Positions 7,900-17,372 of a stretch of DNA of 34,501 nucleotides are shown here, piece after piece. The translations under genes and the position numbers were made by a program. Position 1 is the first letter of the stretch, and each line of letters begins with the position of its first letter. Source of the stretch: Longimicrobiales bacterium (GTDB lineage: Bacteria; Gemmatimonadota; Gemmatimonadetes; Longimicrobiales; Gaopeijiaceae). The notes beneath the pieces are model-generated. The model did not search any database. It was not told the DNA's origin and saw only the letters and a list, made by a program, of their open reading frames with translations. The stretch spans positions 1-34,501 of the forward strand of contig CBDANQ010000012.1 in NCBI GenBank assembly GCA_965197725.1. The letters are read 5' to 3'.

Positions 7900-7918
7900 T
7901 GTCACCGAGAGTGTCACC
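7900..7918 (+). repeat. Direct repeats TGTCACC x2 (12-bp period), candidate integrase arm-type sites
   Basis: TGTCACC-GAGAG-TGTCACC between the integrase stop and the tRNA. Confidence 0.45.
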
Positions 7919-7964
7919 CAGACGCACGAGGAACAGCGAGAACACGTCCCGTAAACTCTTGTAC

Positions 7965-7970
7965 TACAAT
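7965..7970 (+). promoter_or_regulatory. Candidate -10 box for the tRNA
   Basis: TACAAT ends 6 nt before tRNA position 1, in an AT-rich patch; no good -35 element. Confidence 0.35.
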
Positions 7971-7976
7971 TTGTTC

Positions 7977-8060
7977 GCCGGGGTGGTGAAATGGGTAAAC
8001 ACAGGGGACTTAAAATCCCCCGCCTGAAAGGGCTTGCGGGTTCAAGTCCCGCCCCCGGCA
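7977..8060 (+). tRNA. tRNA-Leu(TAA), CCA not encoded
   Basis: Acceptor stem GCCGGGG/CCCCGGC plus discriminator A; anticodon arm GGGGA-CTTAAAA-TCCCC; long variable arm; T arm GCGGG-TTCAAGT-CCCGC. Confidence 0.97.
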
Positions 8061-8135
8061 TTTGAGCGCACAGAGTCACCGTAGGTCGTCGGCCGTGGAC
8101 ATTCCGCCCTCGCCTAGCTCGCGCTCGATGCGCTA

Positions 8136-8156
8136 GCGGCCCTCCAGGGCCGCGTT
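8136..8156 (+). terminator. GC-rich hairpin downstream of the tRNA, possible terminator
   Basis: GCGGCCC-TCCA-GGGCCGC followed by only GTT. Confidence 0.3.
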
Positions 8157-8327
8157 GAAGCAGGTGACGGGTCGGACATAGCTGCTAAGATGCGGGGGAG
8201 ACGAGCTGTGCCAGCGAGTTACACGGAATCGTCGCGTCTAGGCCAATCATGGCTCCCAAGGTCTTGTGAAAAGGGCGGTTGTGATGAAGAATGGGAGCCC
8301 CTGAATGCACTGATCTCGGAGGTATCT

Positions 8328-11035
8328 ATGCCCGACTGGTTCAACAAGGCACATCGCCCGACGCTCGAGGAGCTGCCGGACGCCCTGCGTGAGCTCGTGA
8401 ACGAGGTGCGGCAGGAAAGGGGCGAGCTCGAATCTCTCCTCGCCCGGGCCTCCGCTGCCACCCACAGTGCCGCGTCGCATGCGCAGGGACTCACCGACCT
8501 CGACGTGCGTGAAAAGAAACTCTCCGCGCGGATCGGCACCGCGGAGCAACGGATCGAGCGGCTGACCGAAATAGGTGACCGCGTCGAAGAGATAAGGGTG
8601 CGGGCCGAGGACGTGGAGCGCTCGCAAGACCAGTCTCAGTCGCACGTGGCGGCTCTGAAGGTGGAGATGGCTCGCGTCGAATCCTCGGTCCACCAGGTTC
8701 GCGACGTGCAGAAACAGGCGGGCGAGCTGCGGCTGAATCTCGATGCCCTCACGGGGGAGAAGGGAAGCGTAAGAGAGTTGGAGAACACGACGGCATCGCT
8801 TCAGGCCGAAGTCGAAGGGTTGGTGCGGAGCATCGCACAGGTGAGCGAGCGCCAGGGTGAGCTGCGGAAGTCACAAGACGGCGCGGTTTCGCGCTTCGCC
8901 GACATGAATGACTCCGCGAGCAAGCTCGCACAGGAGCTCCAGAACTCCACGGGTCGACTTGCCAAGCTTCAGAGCACTTTCGGCCAACTTTCGAAGGTGG
9001 AGGAGGTCGCCGCGCGAGCCGAGCAGCAGCTTCAGTCTCTCAACGCCCTCGGTGACCACGTCACCCAAAAGCTCTACTCGCTCGAGAATCAGGGAGAAGT
9101 GGTCGACCGAGCGGCGGCCCAAGCGGCTCGCCTCGACGATCTCGTTTGGGAAATCGACGGCCGGTTGAAGAAGGTTCAAAAGGACGCCGGACAGATCTCC
9201 AAGACTCAGAAGACGCTTAAGAAACTGCAGGAGCTGTCGGCCGAGACCGCGGCCCAACTCAGTGAAATGAGGACCGAGAAGGAAACGACGATGAAGGACG
9301 CGATGTCGCTCGAGCACCGCCTGAAGTCCCTCAGAGCCGAGGTACGGTCGGGGCTGGATCGCTTGGAGCTCGAGCGAGGTGGTCTCGAATCGATCAACCA
9401 ACAGGCGGCGGCGATCCGCACGAGCCTGGCGGACATGGAACGGCGGCAGAGCGAGCTGGAGCACTCCAACCGGTCCGTGGCTGAAGCCACAGGACGTGCG
9501 GACGATTTGGCGGCCCGCCTGACGTCGCTGGCGACCGACATCGGTCGAGTAGAGGGTCAGGTCGAGCGAGTCCACTCAGTCCGTGCGATCTTGGATCGGG
9601 CCGAGAACGACGCCGATTCGATTCGTGGGCGCCTCGACGAGATCGAGGCAGTTAGGCCGTCGCTGAGCGAGCTGTCGGCTGAGATCGAAGCACTCCAGGC
9701 GATCGGCGACGAAGTGGCCGACAGTCGTGACCGGCTCACGTCGACCCACCAGGAGCTCGCGCGGAGCCATGGCGCTCGCACGGACGTGGGGAAGTGGCTC
9801 ACGGAGACGGACTCGCGGATGGAAAGCTTGCGCACACGGATGGGTGACCTGGACTCGATGAGCGATCGAGTTGCCACGACGGAAGCCGCGCTCGAACGCG
9901 TGAATGCCATGGCTCAGACCCTCGAGCGTCGCGAGTCGTTCGTGCGTAGCGTCGAGACCCGTGTGGACGACATTCGTGCGGTCAGGAAGGAGCTCGACGC
10001 GAGCGTCGAGATTCTCCAGGGAGCGCAAGGAGGAGATCGACCGGCTCGAGAAACGGACCATGGGGGCTGAGCGCTCGGCTGACCGACGCGGACATTCAGT
10101 TCGAAAAGGTCGCCAAGCGGTCGGCGGACGCCCAGGAGCTGGAGGCGACGATCGCCAAGGTGGGTGTGCGACTGACCGAGATCCAGGAGCGCAGTGCCGA
10201 ACTTTCACTTGTTATGGGGTCCGCGGAGCTACGTAGCGCAGAAATCGAGGCGCTCGCAGATCGCTTGGAAACCCTCAAGGGAGAGCTCGAGGAACGAGAG
10301 GCGGCCGTCGCTCAGGTTGCGGCCGGACTCGAAAAGGCGTCGAAGCTGCGATCCAGGGTATCGAGTTCGATCCGGAAACTGGAGGGTCAGGGTCGGGAGA
10401 TCACGATCGGGATTGCTGCCGCGACCGAGCAGATCGCCACGACGACCGATCTCGCGGAGCGCGTGGAGGCTCGCGTGGGCGGCCTGCGCTTTACCGAGAA
10501 GCGCATCACCCTGTTCGAGGAGAAGCTGGTAGCGCTCGAGCAGGCCGAGAAGAGTCTGGAAACATCGATTCACGCGCTCGACGAGCGCCAACAGAGCGTC
10601 GATGCCGTCCGCGAAGAGCTAGCTGTGATCTTCGAGAGGACAGATCACACCCTCAAGCAGGTACGCTCGATCAGCCAAGCCAAGCAGAAGGTGGAGGCCA
10701 CGAAGGCGGCGCTCGACGAGATCCTGCAACGCGCCGAGCACGTGGACGAGCTCGCGGAGGCGGTCGACCGGAGACGTGCCGAGATCGAGGATGCGGAGCA
10801 GCGTATGGCGCGCATGGAGGCCTTGGTCACGGACCTACGATCCGGGCTCCGGACGCTGCGCAGCGAAAAGGCTATGGTGGACGTCGCGATCGAGAAGGCG
10901 GGTGATCTGAGCTACGAGGTGAAGGAAGCTGAGGCACTCATCCGGGCGCTGAAAGACGAGCGCAAAACGAGCGGCCGGTTCCTCGAAGCCCTCAGGAACG
11001 AGGCCGAGGAGGACGAGGAGCAGAGGGCGGGCTAG
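8328..11035 (+). CDS. ~900-aa all-helical coiled-coil protein, split by two +1 G indels
   Basis: GGAGGT RBS before ATG 8328. Removing one G at 10019-10021 and one at 10062-10066 joins the frames (...VEILQERKEEIDRLEKRTMGLSARLTDADIQFEKV...). Heptad-rich throughout. Confidence 0.8.
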
Positions 11036-11167
11036 CGGCCGCGGGTCGAGCCACCAGGTCGGCTGAGCCGTGGGCCCCTCGTTCGACAGGATCCGCCTGG
11101 CGAGCGCACGATCCGGTCGAATCGGGTAGTTTCCGTCTTCCGATCCATCCCACCCAGGCGGCCATCC

Positions 11168-11896
11168 TTGGGCGAACATCCTCGATTTCTCCTCCTCCAG
11201 GTGCGAAATGCCGGGGACCCGATCCGCGAGCACGAGGTCTCGTGCTTCGCGCGCGCGCTCGGCACCGAGAACGGACGGCTCCAGGTCTTCGATCTCCTCT
11301 CGGGGGCGCCGGCTCCGGCACTGCTCGACTCGGTGGATATCGTGCTGATCGGAGGAAGCGGCGACTACTCCGTGGTGAGAGGGGGTTCGTGGCTGCCAGC
11401 CGCCCTCGACACGATGGTCGGCCTGCATGAGTCGGCGAAGCCCACGTTTGCCTCCTGTTGGGGCTTCCAGGCATTCACCCGCGCCCTGGGCGGAGAAGTG
11501 ATCACGGACCGTGAGCGAGCCGAGGTGGGTACGGTATGGTTGGAACTCACGTCTGCAGGAGAGCGCGATCCGGTGTTCGGACCCCTCGGTTCACGGTTTC
11601 CCGTGCAGATCGGTCACGAGGACATAGTGACCGCGCTGCCCGACGACGCGGTCTTGCTCGCCTCGAGCGAGACCATCGAGAACGAGGCGTTTTGCTTTTG
11701 TGACAAGCCGATCTACGCAACGCAGTTCCACCCTGAGCTCGATCGGGCCGGACTCATTGCGCGGGTCGCGCGTTACCCCGCCTACCTTGCTCTGACGGGC
11801 GCCTCGACCCTCGAAGAGTTCCGGGACAGGACACCGGAGACGCCAGAAGCCGAGTCGCTCATGCCGCGCTTCCTGGAGCATGTACTGGACGAATGA
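11168..11896 (+). CDS. Class I glutamine amidotransferase (GMP synthase-like GATase)
   Basis: LIGGSG, FASCWGFQ (nucleophile Cys) and ATQFHPE (His-x-Glu). Confidence 0.88.
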   Translation: MGEHPRFLLLQVRNAGDPIREHEVSCFARALGTENGRLQVFDLLSGAPAPALLDSVDIVLIGGSGDYSVVRGGSWLPAALDTMVGLHESAKPTFASCWGFQAFTRALGGEVITDRERAEVGTVWLELTSAGERDPVFGPLGSRFPVQIGHEDIVTALPDDAVLLASSETIENEAFCFCDKPIYATQFHPELDRAGLIARVARYPAYLALTGASTLEEFRDRTPETPEAESLMPRFLEHVLDE

Positions 11897-12753
11897 TGAA
11901 TCGGTGGAGCAGCAAGGACCTGCGCCGCGCGCGCTACCTGGCGCCGCTCGCGATCGTACTTGTGCTCTCGGCCTTCCAGTACCAACAGAGACGGTGGGGC
12001 ACCGGGTGGATGCCGAACCCCTTTCGGGAAGGCCTGCCCACCGCCTCCAACGGAATCCGCGACCGTGGATTCACCTTCTGCAGGCTTCTGTATCAGAGTG
12101 TGCGCGGCGAGCAGGGCGGCTACGGCTGGAATACGGACTACCCCGGATCGGACTACAACTTCGTAACTCGATTCGAGGAGCTCACGACCGCCAAGCCGGC
12201 GCGCTGGGGCGACGGACAGCCCGGCAACGCGGTGGTGCGCGCCACTCAGGAGGAGCTGTACGAGTGCCCTTTCGTATTCATGTCCGACGTGGGCACGGTG
12301 GGGTTCAGCGAGCTCGAAGTCGTACGGCTACGCGACTACTTGTTGAAGGGCGGCTTCATTTGGGTCGACGATTTCTGGGGCGACAGGGCTTGGCGGCAAT
12401 GGGTGAACGAGATCGGCCGGGTGCTGCCGGACCATGCGATCGTCGACATCACCCCCGAGCACATGCTCATGCATGCGCTCTACGTGCTCGAGGAGATCCC
12501 GCAGATTCCGTCTATCCAGTGGTGGCGTCGAAGCGGCGGGCGCGGCACTTCAGAGCGTGGGCGCGAGAGTGCGACGCCCCACCTGAGGGCGATCTTCGAT
12601 GAGGAGGGCCGCCCGCTCGTCATGATGACGCACAATACCGACATCGCCGATGGGTGGGAGCGCGAAGGCGAGGACTACGACTACTTTCTCAGGTTCTCGC
12701 CCGAGGCGTACGCGCTCGGCATCAACGTGGTTCTGTATTCGTTGAGCCACTAA
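11893..12753 (+). CDS. DUF4159 domain protein
   Basis: GFTFCRLLY, WNTDYPGSDYNF, LRDYLLKGGFIWVDDFWG, HNTDIADGWERE, ALGINVVLYSLSH; N-terminal hydrophobic segment. Confidence 0.85.
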   Translation: MMNRWSSKDLRRARYLAPLAIVLVLSAFQYQQRRWGTGWMPNPFREGLPTASNGIRDRGFTFCRLLYQSVRGEQGGYGWNTDYPGSDYNFVTRFEELTTAKPARWGDGQPGNAVVRATQEELYECPFVFMSDVGTVGFSELEVVRLRDYLLKGGFIWVDDFWGDRAWRQWVNEIGRVLPDHAIVDITPEHMLMHALYVLEEIPQIPSIQWWRRSGGRGTSERGRESATPHLRAIFDEEGRPLVMMTHNTDIADGWEREGEDYDYFLRFSPEAYALGINVVLYSLSH

Positions 12754-13123
12754 GAGCGGGCGGACGTCTCGATCGCGTGTCGGCCTCCGATTGTGGACAA
12801 CGTGTCCCATTTAGGCATGGACGGGTTTGGGCTCGCGCAGTTGGTCGGGTCCGGCAGCTTGGGGTCCTTGCCCCCTGAGCCACGTCGGTCGGCGGCTGAG
12901 CCCCATGGGGCCGCAGACCCTAGCTCGATGCCCTGGCGACGCCCGTGTGGCGCTCTCGCGGCCCGTGAGAGGGCGTCGAAACCCCCTCATATATTATTAC
13001 GTAACGCATTGTCATAATCGAAGATGAGAGGGGTGATGGGGAAGAGTGAGCTGGCGTCCGACGCTCGCCACGAGCGCATGGACCGAGTCGCTGTGCTGTT
13101 CGGTGAGATCACGACGGCAGCCA

Positions 13124-13501
13124 CTAGCGCCCCACGGCGCGAATCGCGACGACCTTCCCGCGCCGGTCCGCGATGTCGACGTCGCTGAGGTGGTCGATGG
13201 CGTGCTCCCAGGCGCGCGGCTCCTCGATCCACTCGATGATGATTCCGTGCGCCCCGAGCATCGCGGCCTCCTCACGCATCGCCTCGATCATGTCGGCCTC
13301 GTCCGTCCAGTCGTCGTCGCCCCTCGCGTGTACCAGAGCGATGGGCTCGTACTCGTACGGGACGTCGCGCTCCTCCAGGTAGATGACGACGTCGTGCGGA
13401 TTGACCGGTGCGTAGGATGCGCTGGGATCCAGACGCACGGAATTCGTGTGCATGCACGCAGAGAGTGCCAGAACCGCCACACCCATCACAATCTTCTTCA
13501 T
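13124..13501 (-). CDS. Small lipoprotein (YbjQ/heavy-metal-binding-like fold suspected)
   Basis: MKKIVMGVAVLALSA-C lipobox; MIEAMREEAAMLGAHGIII motif. Confidence 0.7.
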   Translation of the reverse strand: MKKIVMGVAVLALSACMHTNSVRLDPSASYAPVNPHDVVIYLEERDVPYEYEPIALVHARGDDDWTDEADMIEAMREEAAMLGAHGIIIEWIEEPRAWEHAIDHLSDVDIADRRGKVVAIRAVGR

Positions 13502-13594
13502 CCCCACATCTCCACTCCGGGGCTCGCCCGTGGATCACGTTATGTGGAGGAGAACAGGGGCACGTTCCGTGCCCGACCGGAGTCCGCTTGAAAC

Positions 13595-14254
13595 CTAGGG
13601 ATTAGCTGGTCGCATGTCCCTTCTAGGTGACAGCCTTCGCCGCTTTAAGCTGAACACGACGCGGTACGCGAGCAGGACCACGAGGCATGCGGCGAGCAGC
13701 AGCGGCAGCCGCACGTCGGCCTTCACCAGCCAATAGAAGTGGATCACGCCGAGGGTGGCCGTCACGTAGATCCCTCGGTGCAGCACGGTCCAGCGCTTGC
13801 CGAGCCGGCGTATCCACCCCGTGGTCGACGTGAGCGCGAGCGGGATCAGGATGACGAAGCCCGTGAAGCCGACAGTGATGTAGGGACGCTCCATGACGTC
13901 CTCCACCATCCAGCTCCATACGAGCGTCCGGTCGAGCCCAACCCAGATGCTGAAGTGTAAAAAGGCGTAGAAAAAGGCGAAGAGGCCGAGCGGCCGGCGC
14001 AGCTTGATGACCCGGTTCCAGCCGGTGAGTCTGCGGATCGGCGTGACCGACAGCGTGATCAGCAGCAACGTGAGCGTCGTCATGCCGGTGACGTGAGTGA
14101 GCTTCTCGATCGGGTTGGCGCCGAGCGTCAGCGTCTCGATCCCTTCTGCGTCGAGCATGTCGAGGAAGAAGGCTGCGCCGAGCCAGGCGACCGGTGCCAA
14201 CGCACTGAGCCAGAGAACGACCTTCAGGCGGAAGATCGCCCTCTTCTCATCCAT
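13595..14254 (-). CDS. msrQ: Protein-methionine-sulfoxide reductase heme-binding subunit MsrQ
   Basis: LGANPIEKLTHVTG, RRPLGLFAFFYAFLHF, RPYITVG, RLGKRWTVLHRGIY...IHFYW; adjacent to msrP. Confidence 0.93.
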   Translation of the reverse strand: MDEKRAIFRLKVVLWLSALAPVAWLGAAFFLDMLDAEGIETLTLGANPIEKLTHVTGMTTLTLLLITLSVTPIRRLTGWNRVIKLRRPLGLFAFFYAFLHFSIWVGLDRTLVWSWMVEDVMERPYITVGFTGFVILIPLALTSTTGWIRRLGKRWTVLHRGIYVTATLGVIHFYWLVKADVRLPLLLAACLVVLLAYRVVFSLKRRRLSPRRDMRPANP

Positions 14255-14280
14255 AAACCGGTCGGCGCGCTAGTGCCGCC

Positions 14281-15240
14281 TTAGTACCAACGGGTGAGAT
14301 CCATGCCTTCGTACATCGACTGGACCTGGTCGGCGTACCCGTTGAACATCAGCGTCCCGCGCCTGCGGAGCTTGCCGAGACGCCGCTCGTGCGCCTGAGT
14401 CCAGCGCGGGTGATCGACTTCCGGGTTCACGTTGGCGAAGAAGCCGTACTCGCGACGGTTCTGCACCCACCACGTGTTGCGTGGCATCTCCTCGACGAAA
14501 TTCATGCTCACGATCGACTTGATGCCCTTGAAGCCGTACTTCCACGGCGTGATGAGCCGGAGCGGCGCGCCGTTCTGGTTCGGCAGATCCATGCCATACA
14601 CGCCGGTCGTCATGAGCGTGAGCGGGTTCATCGCCTCGTCCAAACGTAGACCCTCGACATAGGGCCAATCCAGGACGCCCCTGCGCTGGCCCGGCATCTC
14701 CTCTGGGCGCAGGACCGTCTTGAACTCGACGAACTTGGCGTCGCCGGTCGGCCCCACTCGGTTGATCACGTCGTAGAGCGGAAACCCGCGCCACGGGACG
14801 ACGATCGACCACGCCTCCACGCAGCGCATGCGGTAGACCCGGTCCTCCATATTGCTCGGACCGATGAAGTCCTCGAGTTGATAGTCGCCCGGCTTGTTGA
14901 CGTGCCCCTCGACGCGGACCGTCCACGGCATTGGCTGGAAGTCGCCCGCGTTTCTGCTCGGATCTTCTTTCTGGGCGCCGAACTCGTAGAAGTTGTTGTA
15001 CGTCGTCACGTGCGAGTACGGATTCAAATCCTCGTCGAGCTCGGACTTCATGTTCTGGAAGCGCGCCGGGATCTGCTGGCGCGGGCCGCGGTCGATCGCA
15101 CCTAACGCCCTGGGAGCGAGCCCCAACGCTGTCACGCCGAGAGCCGCGTTCCGTATGAAGCGACGCCGGTTCACATAGACGTCTTCGGGCGTGATTTCCG
15201 AAGAGCGGATGTCACTGGGCTTGCGAGTCCGGATAATCAT
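14281..15240 (-). CDS. msrP: Protein-methionine-sulfoxide reductase catalytic subunit MsrP (Tat-exported molybdoenzyme)
   Basis: [15 protein letters not shown] twin-arginine leader, [55 protein letters not shown] before ATG 15240. Confidence 0.95.
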   Translation of the reverse strand: MIIRTRKPSDIRSSEITPEDVYVNRRRFIRNAALGVTALGLAPRALGAIDRGPRQQIPARFQNMKSELDEDLNPYSHVTTYNNFYEFGAQKEDPSRNAGDFQPMPWTVRVEGHVNKPGDYQLEDFIGPSNMEDRVYRMRCVEAWSIVVPWRGFPLYDVINRVGPTGDAKFVEFKTVLRPEEMPGQRRGVLDWPYVEGLRLDEAMNPLTLMTTGVYGMDLPNQNGAPLRLITPWKYGFKGIKSIVSMNFVEEMPRNTWWVQNRREYGFFANVNPEVDHPRWTQAHERRLGKLRRRGTLMFNGYADQVQSMYEGMDLTRWY

Positions 15241-15745
15241 GGAGGGTCTCCGTCCGGGTTCCGGGCAACGCCTAAATATGGGGCCGGATCGGAAGCTCGG
15301 ACACCCGGGGGGTGGGGAGGGTTCCGGGGAGTCCCTTAATCCCGGCGCGCAGAACCCCAGCAACGCGGACCAGGCGCCCGCGGATGGGGCCGTGCCGCCG
15401 ATGGACCATCACTTGCTCCGCGTCGACCTCCACGGCCGGCGATACCGATCCCGACGTGCGCGAGGCCGGCCATGCCAGCTGAGGAGGCCAGCACGACCGC
15501 CACGGAGACCATGGCGTCCAGTGTCAGTGCGTCCTGCAGCAACACTCCCGGCCACGCCGCGCACAGCCGGCGGCGGCCGCCAATGAGGCTAGGGTCCCGC
15601 CCGTAGGCATCCGATGATCATGCGTCATGTCGTCGTCACGTCTACCTTGCCTCCGTCACCGCGCCGCCCGCGCCCCCTGTCAGAAACACGCTCGGAGTCT
15701 CGCATGTCGTTGGTACTCGGACGTCACCCTCGCTGGGTGACCAAC

Positions 15746-15905
15746 GACGTCGTATGGTCCAGCTGCTACGAGAGCATCCTAGACCGACACCAGATCTCGA
15801 CCGGCATTTCCCGCACGGTGAGCGTATGGCCCGGCAACCCTGAGGGGTGGGCAGCCTCGGACGTGCGCTCTCGCTTCCAGTGGACCTTTCCGGTGCATAT
15901 CTCGA
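15746..15905 (+). pseudogene. Internal fragment of a VPS10/BNR-repeat glycosyl-hydrolase-like gene
   Basis: DVVWSSCYESILDRHQISTGISRTVSVWPGNPEGWAASDVRSRFQWTFPVHIS resembles the 'VWP.NP.G....RFQWTFPI..SPH' block of those large proteins; no flanking homology. Confidence 0.6.
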
Positions 15906-15984
15906 TCGTGTCCCAGCGATGACACCTGACGCGGGACTGATCCGGCACGAGCGGCGTGCTCATCGCCGGGCTCCACACCTGAGC

Positions 15985-17167
15985 ATGGTACTGCCCTGGC
16001 TGATGCCCGGGGCAGCAGTGCTCTTTCTCGCCTGGGCGCTCCTCGTGTTCGGCAGCGAAGAGCTCGTCTTGGAGATCACCGGACGGTATCGCTGGGTCGT
16101 GTACGGCCTAGGACTCGCGCTCGCCGGAGGCTTCCACCGGAGTCGCCTCTTCGTGGTCATGCTCGGTCTCGGTGCTCTCGATCCCCGTCACCAGCGGCGC
16201 TCCCGAGACCGACATCTTGAGCGCTCTCGGGACCGTGGTGCTCGTTCTCATCGGTGTGCTCGCGTTGATGCGGGATCGGGGTGTGGCGTCCGGCACAGGA
16301 GCTGGCCAGATCGCCGTCAGCATGGCGGTGGCCGGTATTCCCGCGCTGTGGTTCTACGACTCGGTGAACGTCGAGGCGTTCTTGGGCATGGAGCTAATCC
16401 CGGCCTGGACGACCGGGTGGACGGGCCTCCCGCAGTCGGTGGCATTCTTTGCGCTGGTGTCCCTCGCCGCCGCCGCATACGGCGTGTACCGGTGGGGAGG
16501 GGCGGTGGAGCGATCTCTGCTCTGGTGCCAGTTCACCGTGCTTCTGGCGATCCACCCCAGCACGTCGTCGGTGACGGACTCGCTGTTGCTCATGACTGCC
16601 GGAGTCACCCTGGCGGTCACGGTGCTGCAGACGACCTACGCCATGGCGTATCGGGACGATCTCACCGGACTCCCAGCGCGCCGTGCATTCATGCGGGACC
16701 TCGATAAGCTCGGCGCCACCTACACCGTCGCGATGGTCGACGTGGACCACTTCAAGCAGTTCAACGACAAGCATGGCCACGACGTGGGCGACCAGGTCCT
16801 CAAGCTCGTCGCTGGTGAACTGGGGGACATGCTCGGAGGCGGCAAAGCGTACCGGTATGGCGGGGAGGAATTCACGCTTCTCTTCCCGGGGAAGGTTCGC
16901 GACGAAGCTATCGTGCACTTGAACGCTGTGCGGGTCGCCATCGAGCATGCGTCCTTTTCTCTGCGCAGGTGGTACCGCCCCAAGGAAAGACCGTCGCTTG
17001 CGAAAGAGACCCCGCCTGTGCCGACGTCCCGCCGGCTCTCCGTCACGGTGAGCATCGGCGTCTCGGACTCGACTGACCCGGAGCTTTCCCCGGAGCAGAT
17101 CCTGAAGAGAGCCGACGAGGCGCTCTATCGGGCCAAGGACAGGGGCCGCAACCAGGTCTCCACATAG
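15985..17167 (+). CDS. Membrane-bound diguanylate cyclase (GGDEF), split by one indel near 16182-16185
   Basis: Multiple TM segments, then AYRDDLTGLPARRA, MVDVDHFKQFNDKHGHDVGDQVL, YRYGGEEF, ADEALYRAKDRGRNQV. Confidence 0.88.
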
Positions 17168-17186
17168 ACCTCGTCATAGACCTCGT
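17163..17186 (+). repeat. 12-bp tandem duplication CATAGACCTCGT x2 overlapping the cyclase stop codon
   Basis: Read directly: 17163-17174 and 17175-17186. Confidence 0.9.
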
Positions 17187-17372
17187 CACCGCGCTGCCGG
17201 GTACCCGTCCGCCGCCTCGCTGTGCAACACGCCAGGCGACCCCGAAGCTCAACGAACGCATTACTTTCCGTGTCCCGTCATGCGGCTGGAACGACGTGAG
17301 CCTGCCGGAACAATCGGGGGGTTACGTCCTAGATGAGGGCGACCCGCAACGACAACCAACTACGGGACCTTC

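Larger units (their letters stand above)
1..7976. mobile_element. Decayed integrative mobilisable element / genomic island adjacent to tRNA-Leu; left end lies outside the window
   Basis: Tyrosine-integrase remnant directly upstream of a tRNA, MOBQ relaxase with oriT-like hairpin, McrB-type and DUF2806 cargo, AT-richer segments and many truncated genes; intact chromosomal-type genes resume after the tRNA. Confidence 0.8.

Noticed and set aside
8328..11035. SMC/SbcC annotation
   Set aside because: No Walker A/B, signature motif or hinge seen.
17190..17372. Possible riboswitch upstream of the TonB-dependent receptor (GAGCCTGCC)
   Set aside because: No B12 box or TPP core motifs are recognisable.
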